Positions 16,397-25,915 of a stretch of 64,000 nt of DNA are shown in pieces (positions within the stretch are counted from its first letter, which is position 1; each line of letters begins with the position of its first letter). Origin of the DNA: an uncultured Bacteroidales bacterium (GTDB lineage: Bacteria > Bacteroidota > Bacteroidia > Bacteroidales > UBA932); contig ONDF01000008.1 of assembly GCA_900316525.1 (NCBI GenBank), positions 21,077 through 85,076 on the forward strand, given 5' to 3'. A model generated the notes under the pieces. That model did no database searches. It was given only the letters and a program-made list of their open reading frames with translations, and was not told the origin of the DNA. The translations under genes and the position numbers were made by a program.

Positions 16397-19300
16397 ATGA
16401 AACAGAAAGTAGTCCAATTCTCAAAGCTGGCTGCCGCTCTGTGCCTCTTCCTGGGGCTGTGGGGAGGGATCGCCTCCGCGCAGAACCGGGGCATTACCGT
16501 CAAGGGTAGTGTCGTGGACGGAGACGGATTGCCGGTGATCGGTGCGGGCGTCACCCTCCAGGGGACGACCACCGGTGTGGCTGCCGATGCGGACGGCAAC
16601 TTCACGCTTGTCGTCCCCGGTGAGACTGCTGTGCTGGAGGTTTCGGCCCTGGGCTACGTCACCGAAACGGTGACGGTAGGCAAGCAGCGCACGTTCACGA
16701 TCGTGCTCCGGGACGACACCCAAACCCTGGACGCCACGGTCGTGGTCGCTTACGGCACCCAGACCAAGGCGACCATCACGGGCGCGCTCACGTCCATCGA
16801 CAACAAGGCGCTGATCAAGGCGCCGGTGGCGGATGTGACCAACATCCTCGCCGGCCAGATGCCGGGCGTCACCACCATCCAGGAGACCGGCCAGCCGGGT
16901 GAAGACTACGCCAAGATCTACATCCGCGGCGTAGGCTCCCTCTCCGACTCCAATGCCGAACCGCTCATCCTGGTCGACGGTGTCGAGCGTCCGCTGAACA
17001 CGGTGGACCCGAATGAAATCGAGAGCCTGTCCGTCCTGAAGGACGCCGCCTCCACGGCGGTGTTCGGTGTGCGCGGTGCGAACGGCGTCATCATCGTCAC
17101 CACCAAGCGCGGTGACGCGGGCAAGCCGAAAATTTCCGTGAGCTCCATCACCGGTGTCCAGATGCCGATGTCCTACATCGAGCAGTGCGACAGCTACGAC
17201 TTCGCCCGGTATTACAATGTGTATCAATGGAATGACGGCAAGACCGATCCGGGCCTGTACTTCACCCGCGAAGCCCTCGAGGCCTACCGGACGGGTTCCG
17301 ACCCGATCATGTACCCGAACACCCACTGGAACGAGCTGATGTTCCGCAAGGCCTTCCTGCAGACCAAGAACAACATCAACATCTCCGGCGGTTCGGACAA
17401 GGTCCGCTACTTCGTGTCGATGGGTTACATGTTCCAGAATGGTCTGTTGAAGCAGATTCCGGACGTCACCTATGACAACAACTACGCGTACAACCGGTAC
17501 AACTACCGCGCGAACCTGGACTTCAAGCTCACCGAGACGACGGACATGAAGTTCAACATCAGCGGCGTCATCGGCAACACCCGCGAGCCGCTGAACAGCA
17601 ACCGCGACAACATCTGGATGCTGACGATGCTGTGGGCCCACCCGACGGCCTCCCCGGGCATCGTGAACGACATGCCGGTCACGGTGGTCTCCTACGACGC
17701 CCTGCCGGACGGCCTTACCAAGTGGAACGGCTGGGAGTACTACTACTGGTCCGGTTACCAGAGCAAGTACAAGACCACCCTCGGGATGGACATGACGATC
17801 ACCCAGAAGCTGGACTTCATCACCGAAGGCCTCTCCGCCTCCGTCAAGGGAAGCTATGACACTGACATGGAGCTCACCAAGAAGCGCACCGGCTCCGGCG
17901 GTTACCACCAGACCATCGAGTATGCCTCCTGGGCCGACAATTCCGGCCTGGACATGGCCGATCCCGCCTTCGACCGCACCTACGTGCCGGTCATCAGCGG
18001 CAGCCAGCCTACCCTGAGCTACGGCGAGTCCTCGGACGACGACAAGAGCTGGTACCTCGAGGCCCGCATCGACTATAAGCGCAAGTTCGCGCACAAGCAT
18101 GCGGTGAGCGGCCTGCTGCTGTACAACCAGTCCCGCGACTACTATCCCAAGTATTACGGCTGGCTGCCGAACGGGTACGTGGGCTATGTGGCCCGCGTGA
18201 CCTACGGGTACGCCGATAAATACCTCGTCGACCTCTCCGCCGGTTACAACGGCTCCGAGAACTTCGCCCCGGGCAAGACCCGGTACGGCCTGTTCCCGTC
18301 CGGTTCCCTGGGCTGGGTGATCTCCGAGGAAAAGTTCATGAAGAAGGCCAAGTGGATTGACTTCCTGAAGCTCCGCGCCTCCATCGGCCTGGTCGGCAGC
18401 GACAAGAGCAACAAGGACACCAAGGTCCGTTTCATGTACATGGACGGCGTCTGGAACGATGCCGGCGTGTATTACTTCGGCACGGGCAAGAGCGACGGTG
18501 TGCCGCGCTACGAAATCGGCACGCCGGGCAACAAGGGTGTGACCTGGGAGACGGCGCTCAAGGCCAACGTCGGTCTGGACTTCGACCTGTTCAATTACCG
18601 CCTGCATTTCTCCGGGGATATCTTCCGGGAACACCGGACCGGCATCCTGATCGATCCGATCCTTCCCGGCATCATTCCCTACCAGACTCCCGTCATGAAC
18701 CTCGGTATCGTGGACAACCAGGGCTATGAGATCGAGATCGGCTGGAAGGACCATATCGGCAATTTCACGTACGACCTCAACGGCAACGTCACCTTCGCCC
18801 GCAACAAGATCATCGAAGAGGGCGAGGTGGAGCCCCAGTACGAATACCAGCGGGAGACCGGTGGTCCCACCAACCGCTATATGCTGTACCAGTTCGAGCG
18901 CCTGTACCAGAAGAGCGACTTCTATACCGACGCCGACGGTGTCCTGCACCTGAATCCGGACCTTCCGCAGCCTTCCAACGCGGTGTTCCCAGGTGACTGT
19001 ATGTACAAGGACCTCAACGGCGACAATATCGTCGACGGCCTGGACAAGATGTACGACGGGTATCCGAACCGCCCGGAATACGTGTTCGGTTCCAACTGGA
19101 AGTTCGGCTACAAGGGCTTCAGCATGAACCTGAACTGGGTGGCGGCGACGAACGTGAGCCGTGTCTGGAACGCCGACTACCGGATTCCGTTCACGAACTC
19201 GGGACACCGCGGCCTCCTGAAGATCTTCGCGGAGAACTCCTGGATTGACAATGACAATCCCTGGGCACCCGGCCGCGAAGACGGTACCCTGCCGCGCTTC

Positions 19301-19579
19301 ACCAAGAACAACTACCCGTGGAATTCCGAGAATTCCACCCTCTGGACCGTGGATGCCTCCTACCTGCGCCTGAAGAGCGCCAGCTTCGGCTACACCTTCA
19401 CCCGCAGCCGGCTGTTCGACAAGCTGGGGATCAGTTCCCTGAGCCTGATGTTCACGGGCTACAACCTCTGGACGCTTTCGAAGATGACCCTGCAGGACCC
19501 GGAAGCGAAGTCCAGTTCCTCCAGTGGCCAGTATCCGCTGGTCAAGACCTACAACATGTCCCTGAGTGTCACTTTCTAA
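16397..19579 (+). CDS. SusC/RagA-type TonB-dependent transporter (full length, with N-terminal CarboxypepD_reg-like domain)
   Basis: 1060 aa. Motifs ITVKGSVVDGDGLPVIGAGVTLQGTTTGVAADADGNFTL, TonB-box-like VVVAYGTQTK, plug motif IRGVGS...LILVDGVER...LKDAASTAVFGVRGANGVIIVTTKRG, and a C-terminal ...YNMSLSVTF. Confidence 0.95.
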   Translation: MKQKVVQFSKLAAALCLFLGLWGGIASAQNRGITVKGSVVDGDGLPVIGAGVTLQGTTTGVAADADGNFTLVVPGETAVLEVSALGYVTETVTVGKQRTFTIVLRDDTQTLDATVVVAYGTQTKATITGALTSIDNKALIKAPVADVTNILAGQMPGVTTIQETGQPGEDYAKIYIRGVGSLSDSNAEPLILVDGVERPLNTVDPNEIESLSVLKDAASTAVFGVRGANGVIIVTTKRGDAGKPKISVSSITGVQMPMSYIEQCDSYDFARYYNVYQWNDGKTDPGLYFTREALEAYRTGSDPIMYPNTHWNELMFRKAFLQTKNNINISGGSDKVRYFVSMGYMFQNGLLKQIPDVTYDNNYAYNRYNYRANLDFKLTETTDMKFNISGVIGNTREPLNSNRDNIWMLTMLWAHPTASPGIVNDMPVTVVSYDALPDGLTKWNGWEYYYWSGYQSKYKTTLGMDMTITQKLDFITEGLSASVKGSYDTDMELTKKRTGSGGYHQTIEYASWADNSGLDMADPAFDRTYVPVISGSQPTLSYGESSDDDKSWYLEARIDYKRKFAHKHAVSGLLLYNQSRDYYPKYYGWLPNGYVGYVARVTYGYADKYLVDLSAGYNGSENFAPGKTRYGLFPSGSLGWVISEEKFMKKAKWIDFLKLRASIGLVGSDKSNKDTKVRFMYMDGVWNDAGVYYFGTGKSDGVPRYEIGTPGNKGVTWETALKANVGLDFDLFNYRLHFSGDIFREHRTGILIDPILPGIIPYQTPVMNLGIVDNQGYEIEIGWKDHIGNFTYDLNGNVTFARNKIIEEGEVEPQYEYQRETGGPTNRYMLYQFERLYQKSDFYTDADGVLHLNPDLPQPSNAVFPGDCMYKDLNGDNIVDGLDKMYDGYPNRPEYVFGSNWKFGYKGFSMNLNWVAATNVSRVWNADYRIPFTNSGHRGLLKIFAENSWIDNDNPWAPGREDGTLPRFTKNNYPWNSENSTLWTVDASYLRLKSASFGYTFTRSRLFDKLGISSLSLMFTGYNLWTLSKMTLQDPEAKSSSSSGQYPLVKTYNMSLSVTF

Positions 19580-19591
19580 ACCGAGCGAACC

Positions 19592-21421
19592 ATGAAAAGA
19601 TTCATCGAAATACTGACGATCGCCCTCGTGGGCGCCGGTCTGGTCGCTTGTGAGAGCATGAAACTGGGAGACGCCGGCCTGTCCAAGGCCCCGGAAACTT
19701 CCGGCGCCACCATCGACACCCTGTTCGCCTCCCTGAAGGACGCCGACAAGGTGCTGGCATCGGCCTATTACTATCTCCCGTACGGGCTGGTTTCCGACTT
19801 CGACTCCAAGATGGGAAGCGATTTCCTGGAGTCCATCACCGACCACTTCGTTTCGAACAAGCATTCGGACAGCGACGGTCCGAACAACCTCTATTATTCC
19901 GGCGGTCTTTCCGCCAACTTGTCCAGCGGTTATGCGGGCGGCGAGACCTACCGTTTCGGCAGCGAGAAGGATTATAAGGCCATCTACTATGCCTGGGCGT
20001 TCCTGGAGAATGCCGGCCGCATCCCGGACGCCGATCCGGCGGAACTTGCGAAGAAGAAGGCCGAGGCCAAGCTCTGCATGGCCATCGCCTATTCGAACAT
20101 GCTCCGTTACGTGGGCGGCGTGCCGATCATCGACCACGCCATCGACCCTGCCGAGGAGATGACCTATCCGCGCAACACCTTCGCCGAGACCGTGGACTTC
20201 ATCGTGAAGCTCTGCGACGAGGCCGCTCCGGACCTTCCCTGGGCCGTGAGCGCCGCGGAGGACGGCCGCATGACGCGCGCCGGCGCCCTGGGCCTCAAGC
20301 TCCGGGTCCTGTGCTTCGCCGCCTCCCCGACCTTCAACTCCAACACCAAGTGGCATCCGCAGGCCGACGAGTACACCTGCTACGGCAACTACGACCCCGC
20401 CCGCTGGCAGGCCGCCAAGGCCGCCGCGGACGAGTTCATGCGCCAGCAGCTCGCGAACGGCCACTATGCGCTTTGCGAAGCGCAGCCCGATCCCGTGACG
20501 GGCCTCATTTCCCCGCGCGCCTACCGTCTCGCCTACCGCAAGGGATATTTCGACCGCGGCAGCTCCGAGAGCATCATCTCCATCCGCAAGTCCAACAGCA
20601 CCAGCTACCACGACAAGCACTTCGAGGTGCAGGGCTCCTACGGCAGCGGCGCCACCCTCGACTGGGTGAACAAGTTCCCTTGGGCGAACGGAGAGCCTTT
20701 CCCGGACGACTTCCCCTGGGAAGACAAGGCCTCCTGGCCGGAGCATCCGTTCTTCAAGCCGGATCCGCTCGGCACGCTCAAGGTCAATGGCGCCACTTTC
20801 TCCGAGACCCGCGATCCCCGTCTGTACGAGAACATCGGCGTGCCCGGCGACATCTGGCGCGACGGTTCCGTGGGCCGTGGCTACGACAACCACAAGTACC
20901 ACCAGGACGGCTGCACCGGTTTCCTGATGATGAAGTTCGTCCTGCAGCAGAACACCGACCGCTCTCAGCCGCCGCACTGGCCCTTCATGCGTTTCGCGGA
21001 AGTGCTCCTGAACTGCGCCGAGGCCTATAACGAGGCCGACGGCGGTCCGTCCGACAAGGCGTATGCCTGGGTCAATGCCGTGCGCGCCCGCGTCGGCCTG
21101 CCCGGCCTTCCCGAGGGCTTGAGCCAGGAGGAGTTCCGCAAGGCCCTCATCCTGGAGCGCGAACTCGAGTTCGGTTTCGAGGAGGTCCGCTGGTTCGACA
21201 TGGTCCGCTGGGGCCTGACCGAGGCGTTCACCACGCCGCTGCGGGGCCTGACGTCCTTCGGCGACAACAACAACGCGGCGACCGTCTTCACCTTCAAGGA
21301 GAAGGAAGCCTATCCGCCGCGCAAGTGGTACACGAGCTGGGATACCAAATGGTATCTCGCCCCCATCCCCGCGCTCGAGATCAACAAGAACTACGGGATG
21401 ACGCAGAATCCGGGTTGGTAA
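19592..21421 (+). CDS. SusD/RagB family lipoprotein
   Basis: Lipobox GLVACE, immediately downstream of susC-like. C-terminal YLAPIPALEINKNYGMTQNPGW is typical of SusD. Confidence 0.9.
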   Translation: MKRFIEILTIALVGAGLVACESMKLGDAGLSKAPETSGATIDTLFASLKDADKVLASAYYYLPYGLVSDFDSKMGSDFLESITDHFVSNKHSDSDGPNNLYYSGGLSANLSSGYAGGETYRFGSEKDYKAIYYAWAFLENAGRIPDADPAELAKKKAEAKLCMAIAYSNMLRYVGGVPIIDHAIDPAEEMTYPRNTFAETVDFIVKLCDEAAPDLPWAVSAAEDGRMTRAGALGLKLRVLCFAASPTFNSNTKWHPQADEYTCYGNYDPARWQAAKAAADEFMRQQLANGHYALCEAQPDPVTGLISPRAYRLAYRKGYFDRGSSESIISIRKSNSTSYHDKHFEVQGSYGSGATLDWVNKFPWANGEPFPDDFPWEDKASWPEHPFFKPDPLGTLKVNGATFSETRDPRLYENIGVPGDIWRDGSVGRGYDNHKYHQDGCTGFLMMKFVLQQNTDRSQPPHWPFMRFAEVLLNCAEAYNEADGGPSDKAYAWVNAVRARVGLPGLPEGLSQEEFRKALILERELEFGFEEVRWFDMVRWGLTEAFTTPLRGLTSFGDNNNAATVFTFKEKEAYPPRKWYTSWDTKWYLAPIPALEINKNYGMTQNPGW

Positions 21422-21439
21422 TCTAAAATGTGCCCGAAT

Positions 21440-24184
21440 ATGAAAAGATTGTTTGCATATATAACTCTTCCGCTGCTTCTTGTCGCCGCCGCGGCTTCCG
21501 CCCAGGAGACCGTGTCGCCGCTGGATTCCATCGAGCTGGGAAATCTGTTCCAGCTCCGGGCAGGCGGCGCCCTTACCGCCGGAGGCGGCCTCTTCGAGAA
21601 GAGTCCCGAAGTGGACATCGCGAATGCCCTGTACGGGCAGTTCTCCGGCCTGCTGGTGAAGAACAGCTCCAGCACCTATGACTCCAACCGGTCCCGGCTG
21701 AAGCTCTCCCTCCGCCTGCGCGGCCACAGCCCGTTGCTGCTGGTGGACGGCTTCCCCCGCGACCTGGACGACCTGGAGGGGGTGGAGATCGACAAAATCG
21801 AGATCCTCAAGGACGCGGCCGCCGCAGCGCTGTACGGCGTCAAGGGCGGCAACGGCGTCATCTCCATCACGACCAAGCGCGGCCAGGACGCCCCGCTCAA
21901 GGTGACGGCCCGGTATCAGTACGGCCTGCAGACCATGTTCCGCGCGCCCGAGTTCGCCGACGCCTATACTTACGGCTTCCTGGTGAACGAGGCCCGTTCG
22001 CTGGACGGCCTGCCCGCCAAGTACAACGATGCGGAGCTCCTCGCCCTGTACAGCGGCCAGTATCCGTACGCCTATCCGAACGTCAACTGGTGGAACGAGG
22101 TGTTCCGCGACCACGGTGACAACCACCAGGCCGAGTTCACCTTCACGGGCGGCAACCGCAACTTCCGCTATTTCGCCGCGGTCGACTACCTGAAGGAGGA
22201 CTTCCTGTACAAGAAGGCCACCGCCGACGACCGCTACAACGCGAATCACTATGACAACCGCCTGGGCATCCGCGCGAACGTGGACGTGAACATCACGCCT
22301 TCCACGCTGATGAAGATCGGCGTGAAGGCCCGCCTCGCGGAATTCAACCAGGGTTACTATTCCGGCCGCATCGAGAGCACGCTCTACACCCTGCCCGCCG
22401 CCGCGTTCCCCGTGATGCAGGCGGACGGCGTGTACGGCGGAACCTCCCTGTACGGCAACGTCAACCCGGTGGCCGTGATGCAGGAGAACGGTCAGCGCCA
22501 GTGGTCCCAGACCAAGGTGCTGGCGGACATCCTGCTCCGGCAGGACCTCGGGATGATCGTCCCGGGCCTGTCCGCCGACGCGAACGTGGCCTTCGACTAC
22601 ATCGGCCTTCTGTACGAGCGCGCCTCCAAGGACTGGCAGTACTCCGAGCTCGTGAGCACCGTGGCCGCCCAGGGCAATCAGGGTTACATCCTGAGCGAAC
22701 AGAAGTACTACGGCGTGAGCTCCAAGACGGTGGATTACGACCACTATTTCTACGGCCTGCAGATGAAGATGGAGCTTCAGGCCCGCCTGAACTGGGAGCG
22801 CGACTTCGACGCGCACCACGTGGAGGCGCACGCGGCCTACCGCCAGCGCTCCTGGATTCTCAGCGGCCAGAACAATTCCTCCAAGACCCAGGAAATCCTG
22901 GGCACGGTGAGCTACAACTGGAAACAGCGCGTCTTTGCCGATGTGGTCGTGAACCGCTCCGGTTCCGCCTACATGCCCAAGGGCAAGCGCTTCCACTGGT
23001 ATCCGGCCGTGAGCCTCGGCGCCATCGCCCTGGACGGCGAGCCTTACCTGAAAGTGTACGGCTCCGTCGGCCTCAGCGGCTCCGACGGCGACCTGGAGCA
23101 CGAGCTCTGGCGCCAGAACTACGTGAGCGGCAACAGCTACTACTTCGGCGCCAACGGCGGTACCGGCTTCAGCGGCCGCACCGAAGGCCCGATGGCGGCC
23201 GTCACCCTGGCCCCGGAACTGTCGAAGAAAGCGACCGCCGGCCTTGACTTCGGCCTCTTCGGCAAGCGTCTCATGATCAATGTGGAAGGCTTCCTGGAGG
23301 ACCGCCGCAACATCCTCATCGACCCGTCCAACATCTCGGGCGTGATCGGCGTGGACGTGAACGAGCAGAGCATCGGCGAGGAGAAGTACAAGGGCTTCGA
23401 CCTGGGCGTCTCCTGGAACAACCGCCACGGAGACTTCGAGTACGGCCTGTACGCCAACGGCGGCTGGCTGTTCTCCAAGGTCGTCGACGACGGCCAGGCC
23501 TACCAGATGTACGACTACCTGTACCACAAGGGCAATCCGGTGGGCCAGCGCTATGGCTTGGAGGTGATCGGCATCTTCCAGAACCAGGTGGAGATCAACA
23601 ACAGCCCTCGGCAGACCTTCGGCGCCGTCAAGCCCGGCGACCTGAAGTACCTCGACCAGAACGGCGACGGCGTCATCGACAAGCAGGACCGCGTGAAGAT
23701 GTTCGGCAGCTCGACGCCGCTCCTCACCTTCGGCTTCGGCCTGCACGCCGGCTGGAAGGGCCTCAAGGTCTTCGCGGACTTCCAGGGCGTGACCGGTGTC
23801 ACCATCGACCTCCTGGATTCCCCGCTGTACCAGCCGCTGGTGTCCAACACGACCATCTCCCAGACCTTCCTGAACCGGGAAGTCACCTGGGCGCCGGGCC
23901 GCGAGATGTACGCCACGATGCCGCGCCTCACCACGCAGGAGAACCCGAACAACTACCAGGCGAACTCGCTGTGGTACCGCGACGGCTCCTTCATCAAGCT
24001 GCGGAACGCGGGCATCTCCTACACCATTCCGAGGTCGGCGACGAAGCTGTGCGACGTCACCCTCTCCCTGACGGGCACGAACCTGTTCTCGACGGACAAC
24101 ATCCGGTTCGCGGATCCCGAGCAGCTGGGCGCGTATTATCCTTCCCTCCGCACCTTCTGGGGCGGCGTTAAGTTCACCTTCTAA
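21440..24184 (+). CDS. SusC-like TonB-dependent transporter, short form lacking the CarboxypepD_reg-like N-terminal domain
   Basis: ORF 21428..24184, start set at MKRLFAYITLPLLLVAAAASAQ. Plug motif LLLVDGFPR...ILKDAAAAALYGVKGGNGVISITTKRG and a C-terminal ...WGGVKFTF. Confidence 0.9.
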   Translation: MKRLFAYITLPLLLVAAAASAQETVSPLDSIELGNLFQLRAGGALTAGGGLFEKSPEVDIANALYGQFSGLLVKNSSSTYDSNRSRLKLSLRLRGHSPLLLVDGFPRDLDDLEGVEIDKIEILKDAAAAALYGVKGGNGVISITTKRGQDAPLKVTARYQYGLQTMFRAPEFADAYTYGFLVNEARSLDGLPAKYNDAELLALYSGQYPYAYPNVNWWNEVFRDHGDNHQAEFTFTGGNRNFRYFAAVDYLKEDFLYKKATADDRYNANHYDNRLGIRANVDVNITPSTLMKIGVKARLAEFNQGYYSGRIESTLYTLPAAAFPVMQADGVYGGTSLYGNVNPVAVMQENGQRQWSQTKVLADILLRQDLGMIVPGLSADANVAFDYIGLLYERASKDWQYSELVSTVAAQGNQGYILSEQKYYGVSSKTVDYDHYFYGLQMKMELQARLNWERDFDAHHVEAHAAYRQRSWILSGQNNSSKTQEILGTVSYNWKQRVFADVVVNRSGSAYMPKGKRFHWYPAVSLGAIALDGEPYLKVYGSVGLSGSDGDLEHELWRQNYVSGNSYYFGANGGTGFSGRTEGPMAAVTLAPELSKKATAGLDFGLFGKRLMINVEGFLEDRRNILIDPSNISGVIGVDVNEQSIGEEKYKGFDLGVSWNNRHGDFEYGLYANGGWLFSKVVDDGQAYQMYDYLYHKGNPVGQRYGLEVIGIFQNQVEINNSPRQTFGAVKPGDLKYLDQNGDGVIDKQDRVKMFGSSTPLLTFGFGLHAGWKGLKVFADFQGVTGVTIDLLDSPLYQPLVSNTTISQTFLNREVTWAPGREMYATMPRLTTQENPNNYQANSLWYRDGSFIKLRNAGISYTIPRSATKLCDVTLSLTGTNLFSTDNIRFADPEQLGAYYPSLRTFWGGVKFTF

Positions 24185-24197
24185 ACCGGGAAACGCC

Positions 24198-25901
24198 ATG
24201 AAAAAGATATTCTGCCTACTTTCTGCTGCGCTTCTTCTCTCGGGCTGCAACTTCCTGGACTTCGACGAGTCGTCCAGCGACTACACCCGCGAGGACATGT
24301 ACTTGACGTACAGCAACATCCAGAAGATGCTCACGAACATCTACGGCTACATGCCCAACAAGGACATCGCCGACGTGAGCAGCGCCCTGCGCGACTGCGG
24401 CTCCGACGACGCCGAATACGCCGACCCGGACGCCAGCGTGCAGCGCTTCACCAACGGAAACTGGAGCGCCCTGAACACCGTGGACGACAAGTGGAGCCTC
24501 TACAACGGCATCCGCTCGGCCAACGAGTTCCTCGAGTCCATCGAGACCGTGGACCTGTCCATGTACAAATATGACAACAAGTACCAGCGCTGGCTGGAGC
24601 ACCTCGCGTATTATCCGTACCAGGCGAGGGTCCTCCGCGCATACTACTTCTTCGAGCTGGCCCGCCGCTACGGCGACATCCCGATGCCGCTGACGATGCT
24701 CACGGCGGAGGAGGCCAACGAGATTGCAAAGACTCCTTTCGACGAGGTCGTCGACTTCATCGTGACCGAGTGCTCCGAGTCCGCCGCGAAGCTGCCCGAC
24801 ACCTATGTGGGCCTGTTGGACGACGAGATCGGCCGCGTCACCCGGGGCTTCGCCCTGGCGGTGAAGGCGAAGGCGCTCCTCTACGCCGCCTCCCCGCTGC
24901 ACAACCCTTCGGGCGACAAGTCTAAGTGGCAGAAGGCGGTCGCCGCGGCGAAGGAACTGATGGACCTCGGCATCTACCGGCTGGATCCCGCCGAGAAGGC
25001 GAACAACTACCTCTCCCAGGAGGTGATCTTCGCCATCATGCGGTCCGAGAGCCAGAGCTTCGAGCGCTACAACTTCCCGGTGCGGTTCACCGAGGGCCAG
25101 CGCACGTCCCTCGGCGGAAGCTATCCCACCCAGAACCTGGTGGACGCATTCCAGACGGCCGGCGGCTATGACATCGTCCTCGAGGCCGACGGCTGGAAGA
25201 CCGCCGATCCCGCCTTCGACATCACGAAGCCGTACGAGGGCCGCGACCCGCGCTTCGCCCGCGCGATCCTCGCCAACGGGATGTCCTTCAAGGGCACGAC
25301 GATCGAGACTTTCGTGGGCGGCCGCGACTATTCCGCGACCCGCAGCGACCTGGGTTCCCCGACCGGGTACTACCTCCGCCGCTACATCCAGGAAAGCACC
25401 AGCTTCACCCCGGAGAACACGGTGACGAACAAGCACCAGTGGATCGTGTACCGCTACGCGGAGACCCTCCTCACCTACGCCGAGGCCCTGAACGAGTATC
25501 TGGGCAGCCCGACGGCGACGGATGGTTCCTTCAGCATCAGCGCGCTCGACGCCTTGAACCAGGTGCGCGCGAACGCCGGGATGCCGGCGGTGAGCGCCAC
25601 CTCCGCGGACGCCTTCCGCGAGGCCGTGCGCCGCGAGTGGCGCGTGGAGTTCGCCTTCGAAGACCACCGCTTCTGGGATGTGCGCCGCTGGGATATCGGC
25701 CAGGCCACCCAGGGCCGCATCGACGGTGTGGAAATCACCCGGAGTGGCGGCCAGTTCAGCTATAAGCGGACGGTCGTGGAGAACCGCACTTGGTCCTCCC
25801 GCCAGAACCTCTACCCGATCCCGCAGGCCGAACTGTTCTGCAACCCCAACCTCAATCCCCAGAACCCCGGATGGAGCCAAACCACGGAAACCACGGAATA
25901 A
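24198..25901 (+). CDS. SusD/RagB family lipoprotein
   Basis: Lipobox LLLSGCN. C-terminal NLYPIPQAELFCNPNLNPQNPGW. Confidence 0.9.
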   Translation: MKKIFCLLSAALLLSGCNFLDFDESSSDYTREDMYLTYSNIQKMLTNIYGYMPNKDIADVSSALRDCGSDDAEYADPDASVQRFTNGNWSALNTVDDKWSLYNGIRSANEFLESIETVDLSMYKYDNKYQRWLEHLAYYPYQARVLRAYYFFELARRYGDIPMPLTMLTAEEANEIAKTPFDEVVDFIVTECSESAAKLPDTYVGLLDDEIGRVTRGFALAVKAKALLYAASPLHNPSGDKSKWQKAVAAAKELMDLGIYRLDPAEKANNYLSQEVIFAIMRSESQSFERYNFPVRFTEGQRTSLGGSYPTQNLVDAFQTAGGYDIVLEADGWKTADPAFDITKPYEGRDPRFARAILANGMSFKGTTIETFVGGRDYSATRSDLGSPTGYYLRRYIQESTSFTPENTVTNKHQWIVYRYAETLLTYAEALNEYLGSPTATDGSFSISALDALNQVRANAGMPAVSATSADAFREAVRREWRVEFAFEDHRFWDVRRWDIGQATQGRIDGVEITRSGGQFSYKRTVVENRTWSSRQNLYPIPQAELFCNPNLNPQNPGWSQTTETTE

Positions 25902-25915
25902 AAAACAATCGAGAT

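Noticed and set aside
16421-24250. 2609-aa minus-strand ORF (also 54068..59356, 30976..34521, 27653..30631, 11309..13939, 36407..38464 and similar)
   Set aside because: These ORFs are antisense to well-supported plus-strand genes with clear family motifs. Their translations are low-complexity Arg/Gly/Ala/Val/Asp-rich with no motifs. Long stop-free antisense frames are expected in ~60% GC coding DNA.
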